A DNA stretch of 64,000 nt from a virus (IMGVR_UViG_3300032086_004057:1-64000), one strand, 5' to 3'. Positions 7,710 through 16,215 are shown, numbered from the stretch's first letter. Notes: a model not told the origin generated them from the letters alone. Program-made: numbers and translations.

Positions 7710-8205
7710 CTTTAACCGCTTTTCTTCTAACCCCTAAGTGCTTTCTCATCCAAGCGATTTGATTATTAGTTTTATTTTTAAAAAACATTCTTCTAAGATC
7801 ATCGCTAGAATAATCTGCGCCGTGATCCAGTAGTACCCCCCGCTCTTCGTTAGTCCACACTGGCGGCTTGTGAAGCTTCATGCTTTGCTTCTTAGCGTTA
7901 ACTTGGATTGGGGTTTTATTTGGTATAAATCTTTCGCTTATTTGACGTTGATCGTAATCTTTCCAAACTTTTAATAACGTCTCAACTTCGTCAGGAGCCC
8001 ATCTTTGATTATGTGGCCCTCTCCTTATGCCCGCTTCAAGTCTGGCTGTTTGCACGGCTCTAGTGCTTCTGTGGGGCAATAAAAATTTACTGATTTGCGC
8101 GTCTGAATACTTCTTGTAATTATCTTTTATTAATTTTAATTCAGACTGTTTCCACTTACGTTTAGCTTGATAACGGTCTCTACCTTTGATTAAATTTGGG
8201 TGCAT
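7702..8205 (-). CDS. Myb/SANT-like repeat protein
   Basis: Three repeats of about 50 aa starting WKQSELKLI, WAPDEVETL and WTNEERGVL. Confidence 0.55.
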   Translation of the reverse strand: MHPNLIKGRDRYQAKRKWKQSELKLIKDNYKKYSDAQISKFLLPHRSTRAVQTARLEAGIRRGPHNQRWAPDEVETLLKVWKDYDQRQISERFIPNKTPIQVNAKKQSMKLHKPPVWTNEERGVLLDHGADYSSDDLRRMFFKNKTNNQIAWMRKHLGVRRKAVKDA

Positions 8206-8206
8206 T

Positions 8207-8509
8207 TTAAGTAAGGTTTTTCAGTTTATGGTTTTCAAGTTTTAAATCTTGTAGCTCTTTTTCTTTACGAATAAGGAGCTCTTTGGCTTCTCTCAGCAGT
8301 TTAAGTGCTTTATTTAGACTTTGTTTGCTTGTGGTGTAGCCTTTGTGATAAGCGATGATGGCTTTATTTGATTTCTCTACTTTTTCTTTGCAATTGTCAA
8401 TTACATCTAGAGTCCTTCTGTTCTCGTAAAAAGAACCCACAAGTGCACCAGATACAAAGCAAATTAGAAACGCAATTATGTAACCATGTTTGAGGAGAAA
8501 TTTATTCAT
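8207..8509 (-). CDS. membrane-anchored coiled-coil protein
   Basis: N-terminal TM helix followed by a heptad-rich tail. Confidence 0.55.
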   Translation of the reverse strand: MNKFLLKHGYIIAFLICFVSGALVGSFYENRRTLDVIDNCKEKVEKSNKAIIAYHKGYTTSKQSLNKALKLLREAKELLIRKEKELQDLKLENHKLKNLT

Positions 8510-8841
8510 TGACTTTCATGATAAGCTTTTGCCTCATCGTAATCTGAATAGTGACTTCTAGGCTGTTCCGTTTCCTTGAATCTCGGCGGCATGAGCTTTG
8601 TGTAAACATCTCTTTGTTTTTTACAGGTAAGGTGCTCGTAAGTTTCTGTACGAGGGCGAGTATGTTTGTTTAAGTAGTCTTGCCTATGTTGGCAGTCCAA
8701 CTTTGCGTCCTCCAAATCTATAAATTCAACATACAGAGAGAAAAATCTTTGCACTCTTTTTGTTTTTGGCGCGACCCACCAAGTTAGTCTAAATAAAATT
8801 TTAAATAAAAATGTTCTCATTTTGTTTTTTTCCACACCCAC
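8506..8841 (-). CDS. hypothetical protein
   Basis: ORF track, 111 aa; operon packing. Confidence 0.5.
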   Translation of the reverse strand: MGVEKNKMRTFLFKILFRLTWWVAPKTKRVQRFFSLYVEFIDLEDAKLDCQHRQDYLNKHTRPRTETYEHLTCKKQRDVYTKLMPPRFKETEQPRSHYSDYDEAKAYHESQ

Positions 8842-9941
8842 ATTGGTTCAGCGAATCTACCAAGCTTGCCTTTTAAAGATTTAGAGTTTGGTCTTTTTCT
8901 CATTTGATATCCCATACAACCACAATACTTTGAATTTTTTAAAGAATCAAGAAAATCGTTCATTGGATCGCAGATTTTATTTACTGTATGTTTAGCGTAA
9001 ACATCGCTGATATTTATCACCATTTTGCCCCCATCTTCTAGAGCGTCCCAACAATTAGATAAAGACTTGAATAAAAAATTTTCTAGCCAATCTTGTAATT
9101 GTTTATACTTTTTCCAAGACTGGTTATCCTCTTGAGTATATCTTTCTAGAGTGTAATAAGGAGGGGAAGTGAAAACTAAATCAAATTTTTTTCCTTTAAA
9201 GTCTACATCTTCAGCGCACTCATTTACTAGTTGCACTTGTTTATCTTTTTGTAAATATTCTATCATCTCATAATATTTAGGAAAAAGCTTAGAATTTGGG
9301 TCAATACCAAAATAGCTTTGAGCGTCACTAGCTAGAAAACCGCAAAGTCTGTCTCCCCATCCAGAGCTAAAATCTAAAACATTCTTAGCTTTAAAATGGT
9401 TGTATACAGCTTTTGCTGTTGAGGGTCTGAACTGACTAGCTATGTACTTCCTTAGAGCTATACAGTTCCTTAAATCCTTAGAGGTTACTTGTTTTAATTT
9501 TAAACTCCAAAGAGCTTTAAGCATTGTTAACCTAAATTTTTCTTGAGTCCAAGATCGATAGGGGCTTGGTGCGGTAATACTATCACACATCCATCTATTC
9601 TCTTGTTGAAAATAATCAGAGGTTTTATTGCCAGTGTTACAGCAAGAAAAAACCACATCAGTAAAAAAATACTTTGATTTGTATTCGTATCTAGTGAACC
9701 ATTCTGAATCGGTTTGTATGATATCTTTGTGGTCTAAATCTAGAAGCTTTTTAAACTCGTAAGCCGCATCGTCTTTGCTTATTTGTCTCATGGGCATTGG
9801 TAAATTATTTTTACCGATAGCGTCAGAGATTGCTAATTTAATATCTTCAATATCATAAATATTATTTAAATACTCCCAGTTTTGAGAGTCTATAAATATT
9901 TCGTCTTCTTTAACGATACCAAAAGAATCTAAGGAGGTCAC
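8817..9941 (-). CDS. amino-DNA methyltransferase (m6A/m4C), orphan
   Basis: SAM-binding LDFSSGWGDR precedes the catalytic FTSPPY. Confidence 0.85.
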   Translation of the reverse strand: MTSLDSFGIVKEDEIFIDSQNWEYLNNIYDIEDIKLAISDAIGKNNLPMPMRQISKDDAAYEFKKLLDLDHKDIIQTDSEWFTRYEYKSKYFFTDVVFSCCNTGNKTSDYFQQENRWMCDSITAPSPYRSWTQEKFRLTMLKALWSLKLKQVTSKDLRNCIALRKYIASQFRPSTAKAVYNHFKAKNVLDFSSGWGDRLCGFLASDAQSYFGIDPNSKLFPKYYEMIEYLQKDKQVQLVNECAEDVDFKGKKFDLVFTSPPYYTLERYTQEDNQSWKKYKQLQDWLENFLFKSLSNCWDALEDGGKMVINISDVYAKHTVNKICDPMNDFLDSLKNSKYCGCMGYQMRKRPNSKSLKGKLGRFAEPMWVWKKTK

Positions 9942-9984
9942 TCAAGTGAGTGTGTATTTTTTTTGAAGAAACGTCAACGAAAAT

Positions 9985-10359
9985 TTAATTTTCATTCTTT
10001 TTAGTTATCTTTTTTAACTTTTCTAAAAACACTTTGTATATTTTATTGGCAGCTAGTAATCTTTTTTTAGTTTCTGGGTCTTTGGCGTTTTTAGCTGCGA
10101 ATCTAGACCTCTGCTCCATAGCCATAGTAGCTTGAACTTTATGTTTATGCGGCTTGTTGGATTTTTCTATTATAGAAATACTCTGTCTAGCAGATTTAGC
10201 ATCTTTAAAGCCTAAGCCTTTTATTGTGCCTTTTGGATTTTCATCCGTATAAAGATCAGAGTGTTCGGATTTTGGTCTAGTGGTTCCATCTTTTCTTTTT
10301 TCAGGAATCCTTTTTCTAGCTCGTATATGGTCAGTAAAATCTATTTCAAATTCTTTCAT
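9985..10359 (-). CDS. basic phage protein, candidate internal head protein
   Basis: SDLYTDENPKGTIKGLGFKD...HKVQATMAMEQR domain is typical of large myoviruses; Lys/Arg-rich. Confidence 0.6.
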   Translation of the reverse strand: MKEFEIDFTDHIRARKRIPEKRKDGTTRPKSEHSDLYTDENPKGTIKGLGFKDAKSARQSISIIEKSNKPHKHKVQATMAMEQRSRFAAKNAKDPETKKRLLAANKIYKVFLEKLKKITKKNEN

Positions 10360-10522
10360 GGATTTTAAGTAATAAATAAATATTAATCGCGAAGCTAATA
10401 AGAGATAAGGAGCCTAAAAAAATAAACTTTTTATTTACAGATTCTATTTCAGAGTCAAACTCTTCAACGTCCACTTTCCATTGGTTATTTTTTTTGCTTT
10501 TGTGGTAGAAGCGATTTGACAT
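10346..10522 (-). CDS. small membrane protein
   Basis: The start is probably ATG 10522, 9 nt downstream of an AGTGTA motif; C-terminal TM helix. Confidence 0.5.
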   Translation of the reverse strand: MSNRFYHKSKKNNQWKVDVEEFDSEIESVNKKFIFLGSLSLISFAINIYLLLKIHERI

Positions 10523-10542
10523 ACTATATATTACACTATTTT

Positions 10543-10947
10543 TTATCTCCAAACCCTGTAACTATCAGAATCCTCATGGAAGGTACTCGTTTCGACTAAT
10601 TCCACGTTACCATCGTAGGCAATCAGTTGGTGTGGTTGACCGCGTTGAATTTCCATAACATCTCCTTGTTTAAGGAGCTTATAACCTGTGTTACCAGATT
10701 TTGTATAAATTAGGTCAACCCTTAACTCTCCGCTTAATATGTAAAAAGTCTCATGCTTTTTAAGATGATAATGCATGGAAGACCTGTAGCCTTCGTAAAT
10801 TTTTAATATTTTACCGCAATAATTTTCTTCACGATTATTAGCCATCCAGATTTCATGTCCCCAATCTTTTTCTACGAATTTACTTTCAATCGGCTTTTTA
10901 ATTTTAGCTTGACCCTCTCTCCAGATTTCTCCGCCGCTTTTTTTCAT
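10543..10947 (-). CDS. cupin-domain protein (sugar isomerase-like)
   Basis: KDWGHEIW, SMHYHLKKHETFYIL and GQPHQL cupin motifs. Confidence 0.8.
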   Translation of the reverse strand: MKKSGGEIWREGQAKIKKPIESKFVEKDWGHEIWMANNREENYCGKILKIYEGYRSSMHYHLKKHETFYILSGELRVDLIYTKSGNTGYKLLKQGDVMEIQRGQPHQLIAYDGNVELVETSTFHEDSDSYRVWR

Positions 10948-11120
10948 TGATTACCTTTCAACGCTTCACTAACTATCGCTTCAACTTCCTCTTTTGTAAA
11001 ATGGTCTGGGTTGTCGCAATGACCCCATTTGGAAAGCACACCCACAAAAAGACCAAAAGAAATAGATAATAAAATAATAATAATTAATTTCTCTTCTTTA
11101 TTTGGCTTTATGACCCTCAC
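10944..11120 (-). CDS. small membrane protein (58 aa, GTG start)
   Basis: Manual translation ...LIIILLSISFGLFVGVLSKWGHCDNPDH...; 4-bp overlaps on both sides. Confidence 0.45.
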   Translation of the reverse strand: MRVIKPNKEEKLIIIILLSISFGLFVGVLSKWGHCDNPDHFTKEEVEAIVSEALKGNQ

Positions 11121-11479
11121 TTTTCTGGAGAAATAATAGCGTCAGTAGTGCGAGGATTGCTCACATTTTTCAAATCAAACAACTCATCTCTTAACTTGGA
11201 ATTCTCTTTGCTCCAGTAGTCGTTTATTACATCGACCTGTTTCTCAAGCATTATAGAAAAGTTCTTTTGACCGAGGTACATGGCTTTCCAGTGGTCTATT
11301 GCCATACTTTTAGTCATGGAGTGAGCTAAGTGCTTTTGTGCTATCTCTTCGCTCTTGTACATTGACTGCTGTATCTGCTTGTCCCATTTGTAATGGTAGA
11401 AGTAACCTGTGAACCAAGTTCCAAAGCAAATCAAGCCAAGGAAAATAAAGAATCTTTCTTGTATTGTATAGTTTTTCAT
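11117..11479 (-). CDS. membrane-anchored hypothetical protein
   Basis: N-terminal TM helix; 120 aa. Confidence 0.55.
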   Translation of the reverse strand: MKNYTIQERFFIFLGLICFGTWFTGYFYHYKWDKQIQQSMYKSEEIAQKHLAHSMTKSMAIDHWKAMYLGQKNFSIMLEKQVDVINDYWSKENSKLRDELFDLKNVSNPRTTDAIISPEK

Positions 11480-11480
11480 T

Positions 11481-11861
11481 TTAACCAGCTAAAGCTCCTA
11501 ATATCATAATGAAAATAAGCCCAAGGATTCCTAATCCAGAAATAACCAAAGCGGCTATTGCTGTGCTTATCTTTTTTACGCCTTTGTCTTTAATGATTGC
11601 AATCGCAGCAACTACAGCACTCACAAACGCCCCAAGACCGCCAAGAAGCATAACCATACCAACTTTAGCAGCGGTAGCGTCATCAATCTGCGGTTCGATT
11701 CCAGTTGTTTGTGCGGTTTGTGCCGCATGGAAGCCAAGTGACGCAGCCTTAAAAAACCCATAAAAACCTATTAGTGCTGATACTAAAGTTCCAACCAAAG
11801 ATACAATACCAATGGTGCTGTGTTCAGTTGCTTCTTGTGGAGTCGTTATATTATTTTCCAT
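11481..11861 (-). CDS. membrane protein (3 TM)
   Basis: Three hydrophobic segments. Confidence 0.65.
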   Translation of the reverse strand: MENNITTPQEATEHSTIGIVSLVGTLVSALIGFYGFFKAASLGFHAAQTAQTTGIEPQIDDATAAKVGMVMLLGGLGAFVSAVVAAIAIIKDKGVKKISTAIAALVISGLGILGLIFIMILGALAG

Positions 11862-11866
11862 AATTT

Positions 11867-12271
11867 TTATTTATAATCTGGATGAGTCCATTCAATTTCG
11901 TCTGGTAGATCGCCATCTTTTACCTTTACCCAATAATTATAAATATGTTTTGGGGGAATATCAAGACTTTTCGACTTTTCATGAAACACCTCGTATAAAG
12001 CCTCATTATAGAATGGGGTAACTAAACTATGATACTTAATAAATTCTAAACACGCTTTAAAATTAGAGAAATACAATTTTCCGTTCTTAAAATCGCCATC
12101 TTTATAAATTTCTAAAGGCCAGTATTGTTGATTTTGAACGTAACAGTTTACATAATAATCGTGATAAGCATGTTTTGAATCGTCAGGTAAACTGTCTTGA
12201 GTTTTTGCAGTTAACGTTGAAGTTAAAGCTGCTGCTAGTGGGATTGTTTTTAGGAAGTCTCTACGGTTCAT
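11867..12271 (-). CDS. protein with a twin-arginine (Tat) signal peptide
   Basis: MNRRDFLKTIPLAAALTSTLTA matches the RRxFLK consensus. Confidence 0.65.
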   Translation of the reverse strand: MNRRDFLKTIPLAAALTSTLTAKTQDSLPDDSKHAYHDYYVNCYVQNQQYWPLEIYKDGDFKNGKLYFSNFKACLEFIKYHSLVTPFYNEALYEVFHEKSKSLDIPPKHIYNYWVKVKDGDLPDEIEWTHPDYK

Positions 12272-12288
12272 TTTTAATTATTTTGTTA

Positions 12289-12630
12289 TTATATTTTTGT
12301 AGTGGCGCGAAGCTTATCTATATAGGCTTTGGTAAGCTCTTCGTTTTGGCAGACTAGCCACGCTAAAGTCCAACGTTTCTCGAACTCTTTTACTTTTTCC
12401 TCGGTGAGAAAAACCTCTGGATTACGTTTGTCAAACTGAGGTCTATCGTCTACCACTGGTTTAAAGTCAGGATGTACGATGTGCTGCGCTCTTGAAGGTG
12501 AGCAGTTAATGCACCTTCTGTAGGACAATAGACCGAAGTAAGGCTCATCCCATGCGATACAGTGCATAGTAATAGCACAGTTTTCGGTGGTAACCTCGCA
12601 GTCACATTTATCGCAATATTCTTTACTCAC
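12289..12630 (-). CDS. hypothetical Cys-rich protein
   Basis: CDKC and CINC motifs. Confidence 0.55.
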   Translation of the reverse strand: MSKEYCDKCDCEVTTENCAITMHCIAWDEPYFGLLSYRRCINCSPSRAQHIVHPDFKPVVDDRPQFDKRNPEVFLTEEKVKEFEKRWTLAWLVCQNEELTKAYIDKLRATTKI

Positions 12631-12654
12631 TACTTTTTAATAGTAGTTATATTT

Positions 12655-13083
12655 TTAATTAATGTCGAGAATTATTTTTAATTCTTTCCAAGTATTTTTT
12701 ACTGGCTCGTCAGTAAGAATAATGTGGTCTGGATCACCCAACTCAAATTCTTTTACATGGTATTCTTTTCTTAAATCTCTAGTGGATTGTAAAAATATCT
12801 CAATAACTTCATCTTGATTATTATTTTTTAATTCCTCTCGTAAATCTTGGTAAGGATTAACCAAGCACATGATTACATTTTTATGTTTTTTATTTAGATA
12901 AGTTGCAACAGCATTTGCATTTTTTATATTCTCCTTGCGTCCAGACTTACCATAATTATTATTTGTAAACATTTCTCTAAACTTATCCCCATCAATAACA
13001 AACTGAGTTTCAAGATGCTTTGCGAGTAGCTTTCCTAAAGTAGTTTTACCTGAAGCGGGTTGACCATATAGTAAATAAATCAT
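12655..13083 (-). CDS. cysC: adenylylsulfate kinase-like P-loop kinase
   Basis: GQPASGKTT, IDGDKFR, GRKENIKNA and VNPY follow the APS kinase pattern; shorter than canonical. Confidence 0.7.
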   Translation of the reverse strand: MIYLLYGQPASGKTTLGKLLAKHLETQFVIDGDKFREMFTNNNYGKSGRKENIKNANAVATYLNKKHKNVIMCLVNPYQDLREELKNNNQDEVIEIFLQSTRDLRKEYHVKEFELGDPDHIILTDEPVKNTWKELKIILDIN

Positions 13084-13114
13084 AATTATTTAAGAAATAA
13101 GTGTATAATATTAT

Positions 13115-13213
13115 ATGAATGAACTCGCGATTATGATGGCTGCTATAGATACGATTTGTAAAATTTTCACCGCGATTGGCGTGTGTTGGATTGCAATTAA
13201 AATAAAAAAATAA
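13115..13213 (+). CDS. 32-aa hydrophobic peptide
   Basis: MNELAIMMAAIDTICKIFTAIGVCWIAIKIKK, 9 nt downstream of AAGTGTA. Confidence 0.5.
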   Translation: MNELAIMMAAIDTICKIFTAIGVCWIAIKIKK

Positions 13214-13330
13214 TCAAGCGCTACACCTAATTACTAATCCTAAAACGATTACAACAAAAACCACAAACACTCCAAAAGCTTTACTGTCTTCAGGGGGAGG
13301 GTTTTTATCTGCGTCGTGAGGTAGTATCAT
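13214..13330 (-). CDS. 38-aa membrane peptide
   Basis: MILPHDADKNPPPEDSKAFGVFVVFVVIVLGLVIRCSA, immediately after the ECF sigma stop. Confidence 0.45.
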   Translation of the reverse strand: MILPHDADKNPPPEDSKAFGVFVVFVVIVLGLVIRCSA

Positions 13331-13331
13331 T

Positions 13332-13973
13332 TTATTGTTTTGTGTATTTATATTTTTTGACTATTTTAAAAGCTTCAATCCTAGCGTAATACAATCTAGA
13401 CATAACAGTTCCCACTGGAATTTTTAATTTTTTTGAAATGTCTTTGTACTCCATTCCGTCCCTATGGTGCATCCTAAGCACATCTCTGTGGTTGGGTTTA
13501 AGCTTTCTTAAAACTTTATCTATTAAAAGTTTATTTTCTTTAAAGGACTCCAAGCTTTCAATATTAGAATAAGGTAATTTTTCTTTTTGTTCGTTGTAAT
13601 TTATATTTACTTCAACTTGGTGTCCGTCATTATACTTGTCGCTTCTATTAAACTCTCCTGATAAGTTTATACACTTTTCTACTTCAATAAATCCATATTT
13701 TTTATTTTTTCTGTACTCGTCTAAGAAGTTTCTGTTTGCGATAGAGCAAAACCAAGTCTTGAAGGCGCAATTACCTTTAAAGGTATTAATTTTTTGCCAA
13801 GACTTAACAAGGGTTTGAGAATATATTTCTTCCCCTAGAGAGTCATTACCTTTACAATATTTAAGAATCCACGATTTAAAGTAATGTTCATTTCTACAAA
13901 TAAGCTCGTCAAAAGCAGCACGGTTACCCCTTTTGCACATCGAAACAAGCTGTTTGTCGGTTTTATTTTCCAA
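13332..13973 (-). CDS. ECF-type sigma factor (RpoE/SigW-like)
   Basis: AAFDELI, FKTWFCSIANRNFLD and region 4 GMEYKDISKKLKIPVGTVMSRLYYAR. Confidence 0.92.
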   Translation of the reverse strand: MENKTDKQLVSMCKRGNRAAFDELICRNEHYFKSWILKYCKGNDSLGEEIYSQTLVKSWQKINTFKGNCAFKTWFCSIANRNFLDEYRKNKKYGFIEVEKCINLSGEFNRSDKYNDGHQVEVNINYNEQKEKLPYSNIESLESFKENKLLIDKVLRKLKPNHRDVLRMHHRDGMEYKDISKKLKIPVGTVMSRLYYARIEAFKIVKKYKYTKQ

Positions 13974-14091
13974 ACTTTTTTGACTTTTTCTTCCCCCAGT
14001 TTATTGAATCGTAATTTTTTTTATATTTTTTAGAAAAACAATTTCTTGGCTTATCACCTTTTCCGTTCTGATTTGACTTATTGCTTTTCAT
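13963..14091 (-). CDS. 42-aa basic peptide
   Basis: MKSNKSNQNGKGDKPRNCFSKKYKKNYDSINWGKKK...; directly follows the tRNA. Confidence 0.5.
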   Translation of the reverse strand: MKSNKSNQNGKGDKPRNCFSKKYKKNYDSINWGKKKSKKFGK

Positions 14092-14097
14092 TTAAAT

Positions 14098-14172
14098 TGG
14101 TAGGCAATGAGGGATTCGAACCCCCGACTTTCTCGGTGTAAACGAGACACTCTACCACTGAGTTAATTGCCC
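14098..14172 (-). tRNA. tRNA-Val (TAC)
   Basis: GGGCAAT acceptor stem, ACTC/GAGT D-stem, TCTCG-TTTACAC-CGAGA anticodon arm, GTTCGAATC T-loop and encoded CCA; 75 nt. Confidence 0.96.
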
Positions 14173-14588
14173 GTGCTACCGAAACCTCCAGCTTCTCTTT
14201 CGGAAACGTCTAAAGATAAAACTGTTTCAAAATTCATGTCTTCACATTTTTCAAAAATTAATTGAGCGATTCGAGAAGACTTTGGTAAGCTTACAGATTC
14301 AAACTTATCAGTGTTTATTAGCACTACACCGATTTCACCATTATAGCCCGAATCTATTACGCCAGCTAAAACATCTACGCCATTTTTTACAGCTAGTCCA
14401 CTTCTGGGCGCAATCCTTCCATAAAATCCAGCGGGTATAGAAAGCTTAATTCCAGTTTTTACGACTTTCCTCTGAGAAGGTTTTAGAAGAACATCTTCGG
14501 TAGAAAACAAATCATATCCCGCGTCAGTCACATGAGACTTGGTGGGGTATCTAGAATCTGAATTTAATAATACTATTTTACAGTTCAT
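14163..14588 (-). CDS. dut: trimeric dUTPase
   Basis: AGYDL, PRSGLA, GVIDSGYNGE, RIAQL and GGFGSTG (motifs 1-5). Confidence 0.97.
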   Translation of the reverse strand: MNCKIVLLNSDSRYPTKSHVTDAGYDLFSTEDVLLKPSQRKVVKTGIKLSIPAGFYGRIAPRSGLAVKNGVDVLAGVIDSGYNGEIGVVLINTDKFESVSLPKSSRIAQLIFEKCEDMNFETVLSLDVSEREAGGFGSTGN

Positions 14589-15676
14589 TTTATTCCAAGT
14601 TTCTTTTTAGTTTCTCTCGCTAAATCGTTATCGGCCCAAACACCGCCAAGTTCGGGGATGTATTCAGCAGCTTTCTCTGTATTTTCTTTTGCTGTAATCA
14701 CTCTCATATTATCTTGATGGTGAGCACCGCCAATACTTAAAGCGATAATGTGATCAACGTGATACAGTTCATTATATTTTTCCGACATTTTAGCCCTTTT
14801 CTCGTAAAGCTTTTTAATTATTTTAAAATCGGTTGAAGGAATTATAGCTTGTTTTTTTATCGCTCGCCTTTTCATTTCAAAGGAATGGACAGCCGCTTTA
14901 TTATTTTTTCTATAAGCTTTTACCCTAGCCTTAACCTTATCCTTGTTAGCTTTGTAGAGGGCTTTTTTGAGTTCTTTTCTTGAGTCGTTGTAAGCCTTTA
15001 TCTTATCCTTATTGGCCGCGTTGTAAGCTTTTCTGCGAGCCTTTATCTGATCTTTATTGGTCTCTTGGTAAGCCCTTATTTTCTCTTTATTAGCCTCACC
15101 ATAAGCTTTTTTATAAGCCCTTCTTTTCTCTTTGTTAGCGTCAGCATAAGCCTTATGTTGAGCCTTTATCTTCTCTTTGTTGGCCTCGTAGTAGGCTTTT
15201 TTGTAAGCCCTTATTTTCTCTTTATTAGCCTCGTTCGAAATCTTTTTTTGAGCCTTTACCTTCTCTTTGTTAGCCTTATCCCAAATCTTTGCATAAGCCG
15301 CTATCTTTTTTTTGTTAGCCCCGTAATAACCCGCCGCACGAGCCGCCAACTTCTCTTTGTTGGCTTGACGATAAGCTTTGTTTCGAGCCTTTATCTTCTC
15401 TTTGTTAGCCTCGTAGTACGCTTTTTCATAAGCCATTTTCTTCTCTTTGTTGGCTTCACGATAAACCTTGTCTTTAGCCTTTATCTTTTCTTTATTAGCC
15501 TCACGATAAGCTTTTACCGTAGCCTTCACCTTATTCTTGTTAGCTTCGTAATAAGCCTTGTCTTTAGCCTTTATCTTTTCTTTATTAGCCTCACGATAAG
15601 CTTTTGCCTTATCCTTATTAGCTGCGTACCAAGCCCTTTTATAAGCCTTTCTCTCCTCTGGGTTTTTTGGGGCCAT
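14585..15676 (-). CDS. HNH endonuclease with a long N-terminal helical repeat region (free-standing homing endonuclease)
   Basis: About 20 copies of KAY(R/Y)EANKEKI-like 11-mers, then HVDHIIALSIGGAHHQDNMRVITAKENTEK. Confidence 0.85.
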   Translation of the reverse strand: MAPKNPEERKAYKRAWYAANKDKAKAYREANKEKIKAKDKAYYEANKNKVKATVKAYREANKEKIKAKDKVYREANKEKKMAYEKAYYEANKEKIKARNKAYRQANKEKLAARAAGYYGANKKKIAAYAKIWDKANKEKVKAQKKISNEANKEKIRAYKKAYYEANKEKIKAQHKAYADANKEKRRAYKKAYGEANKEKIRAYQETNKDQIKARRKAYNAANKDKIKAYNDSRKELKKALYKANKDKVKARVKAYRKNNKAAVHSFEMKRRAIKKQAIIPSTDFKIIKKLYEKRAKMSEKYNELYHVDHIIALSIGGAHHQDNMRVITAKENTEKAAEYIPELGGVWADNDLARETKKKLGIK

Positions 15677-16215
15677 TATCTTAACTCCTTTCTTAAAAGC
15701 CTCCAGCGGTCACTATCTATACTTTTTTCTCCAGAGTCAATCTTTTTAATCATATCTAAAACTTCATCAATGCTATCATAAATATAATTATGCGGAAGCA
15801 TTCCTAGAATCCATAAAGGTGTTTTAGATTTACCGCCTTCCATAGAAATGAAAATTGGCTTTTTCATTCTTACCGCAGTTACAAGCTCTTCCGCGCTCCC
15901 CCAACTTGCAACATCTGGAAGTAAATGAGCAATAATAAAATCTGATCTATCCACTAAATTGAGATCATAATTTCTAATGACGTGCATTCTTTTAGCTACA
16001 TCGCCGTAATAACCATTTTTCATGTTCTCAGCCATTTTTTGGCGAACACCGTCATCTTCTTCTACATCTTTAACAAATGGTTTACGGTAAGGATTAAATG
16101 TAATAATATTAAGTTGATCTAATTCATCTTCTACTTGTTTTCTCCAATCTTTACCGTCAGCATATTGCATATGCCCAACAAGATAAGTTTTGGTTTTTTC
16201 AAGTAAATTACTCAT
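15676..16215 (-). CDS. nucleoside 2-deoxyribosyltransferase-like protein
   Basis: TYLVGHM...WR...TFNPY...DLNLVDRSDFII...GSAEEL...KKPIF. Confidence 0.7.
   Translation of the reverse strand: MSNLLEKTKTYLVGHMQYADGKDWRKQVEDELDQLNIITFNPYRKPFVKDVEEDDGVRQKMAENMKNGYYGDVAKRMHVIRNYDLNLVDRSDFIIAHLLPDVASWGSAEELVTAVRMKKPIFISMEGGKSKTPLWILGMLPHNYIYDSIDEVLDMIKKIDSGEKSIDSDRWRLLRKELR

Noticed and set aside
14098-14172. tRNA as a prophage attachment site
   Set aside because: No integrase, duplicated tRNA 3' end or host-like flank appears in the window
15065-15781. 238-aa hydrophobic plus-strand ORF
   Set aside because: It is the antisense shadow of the Lys/Ala/Glu repeats of the HNH gene
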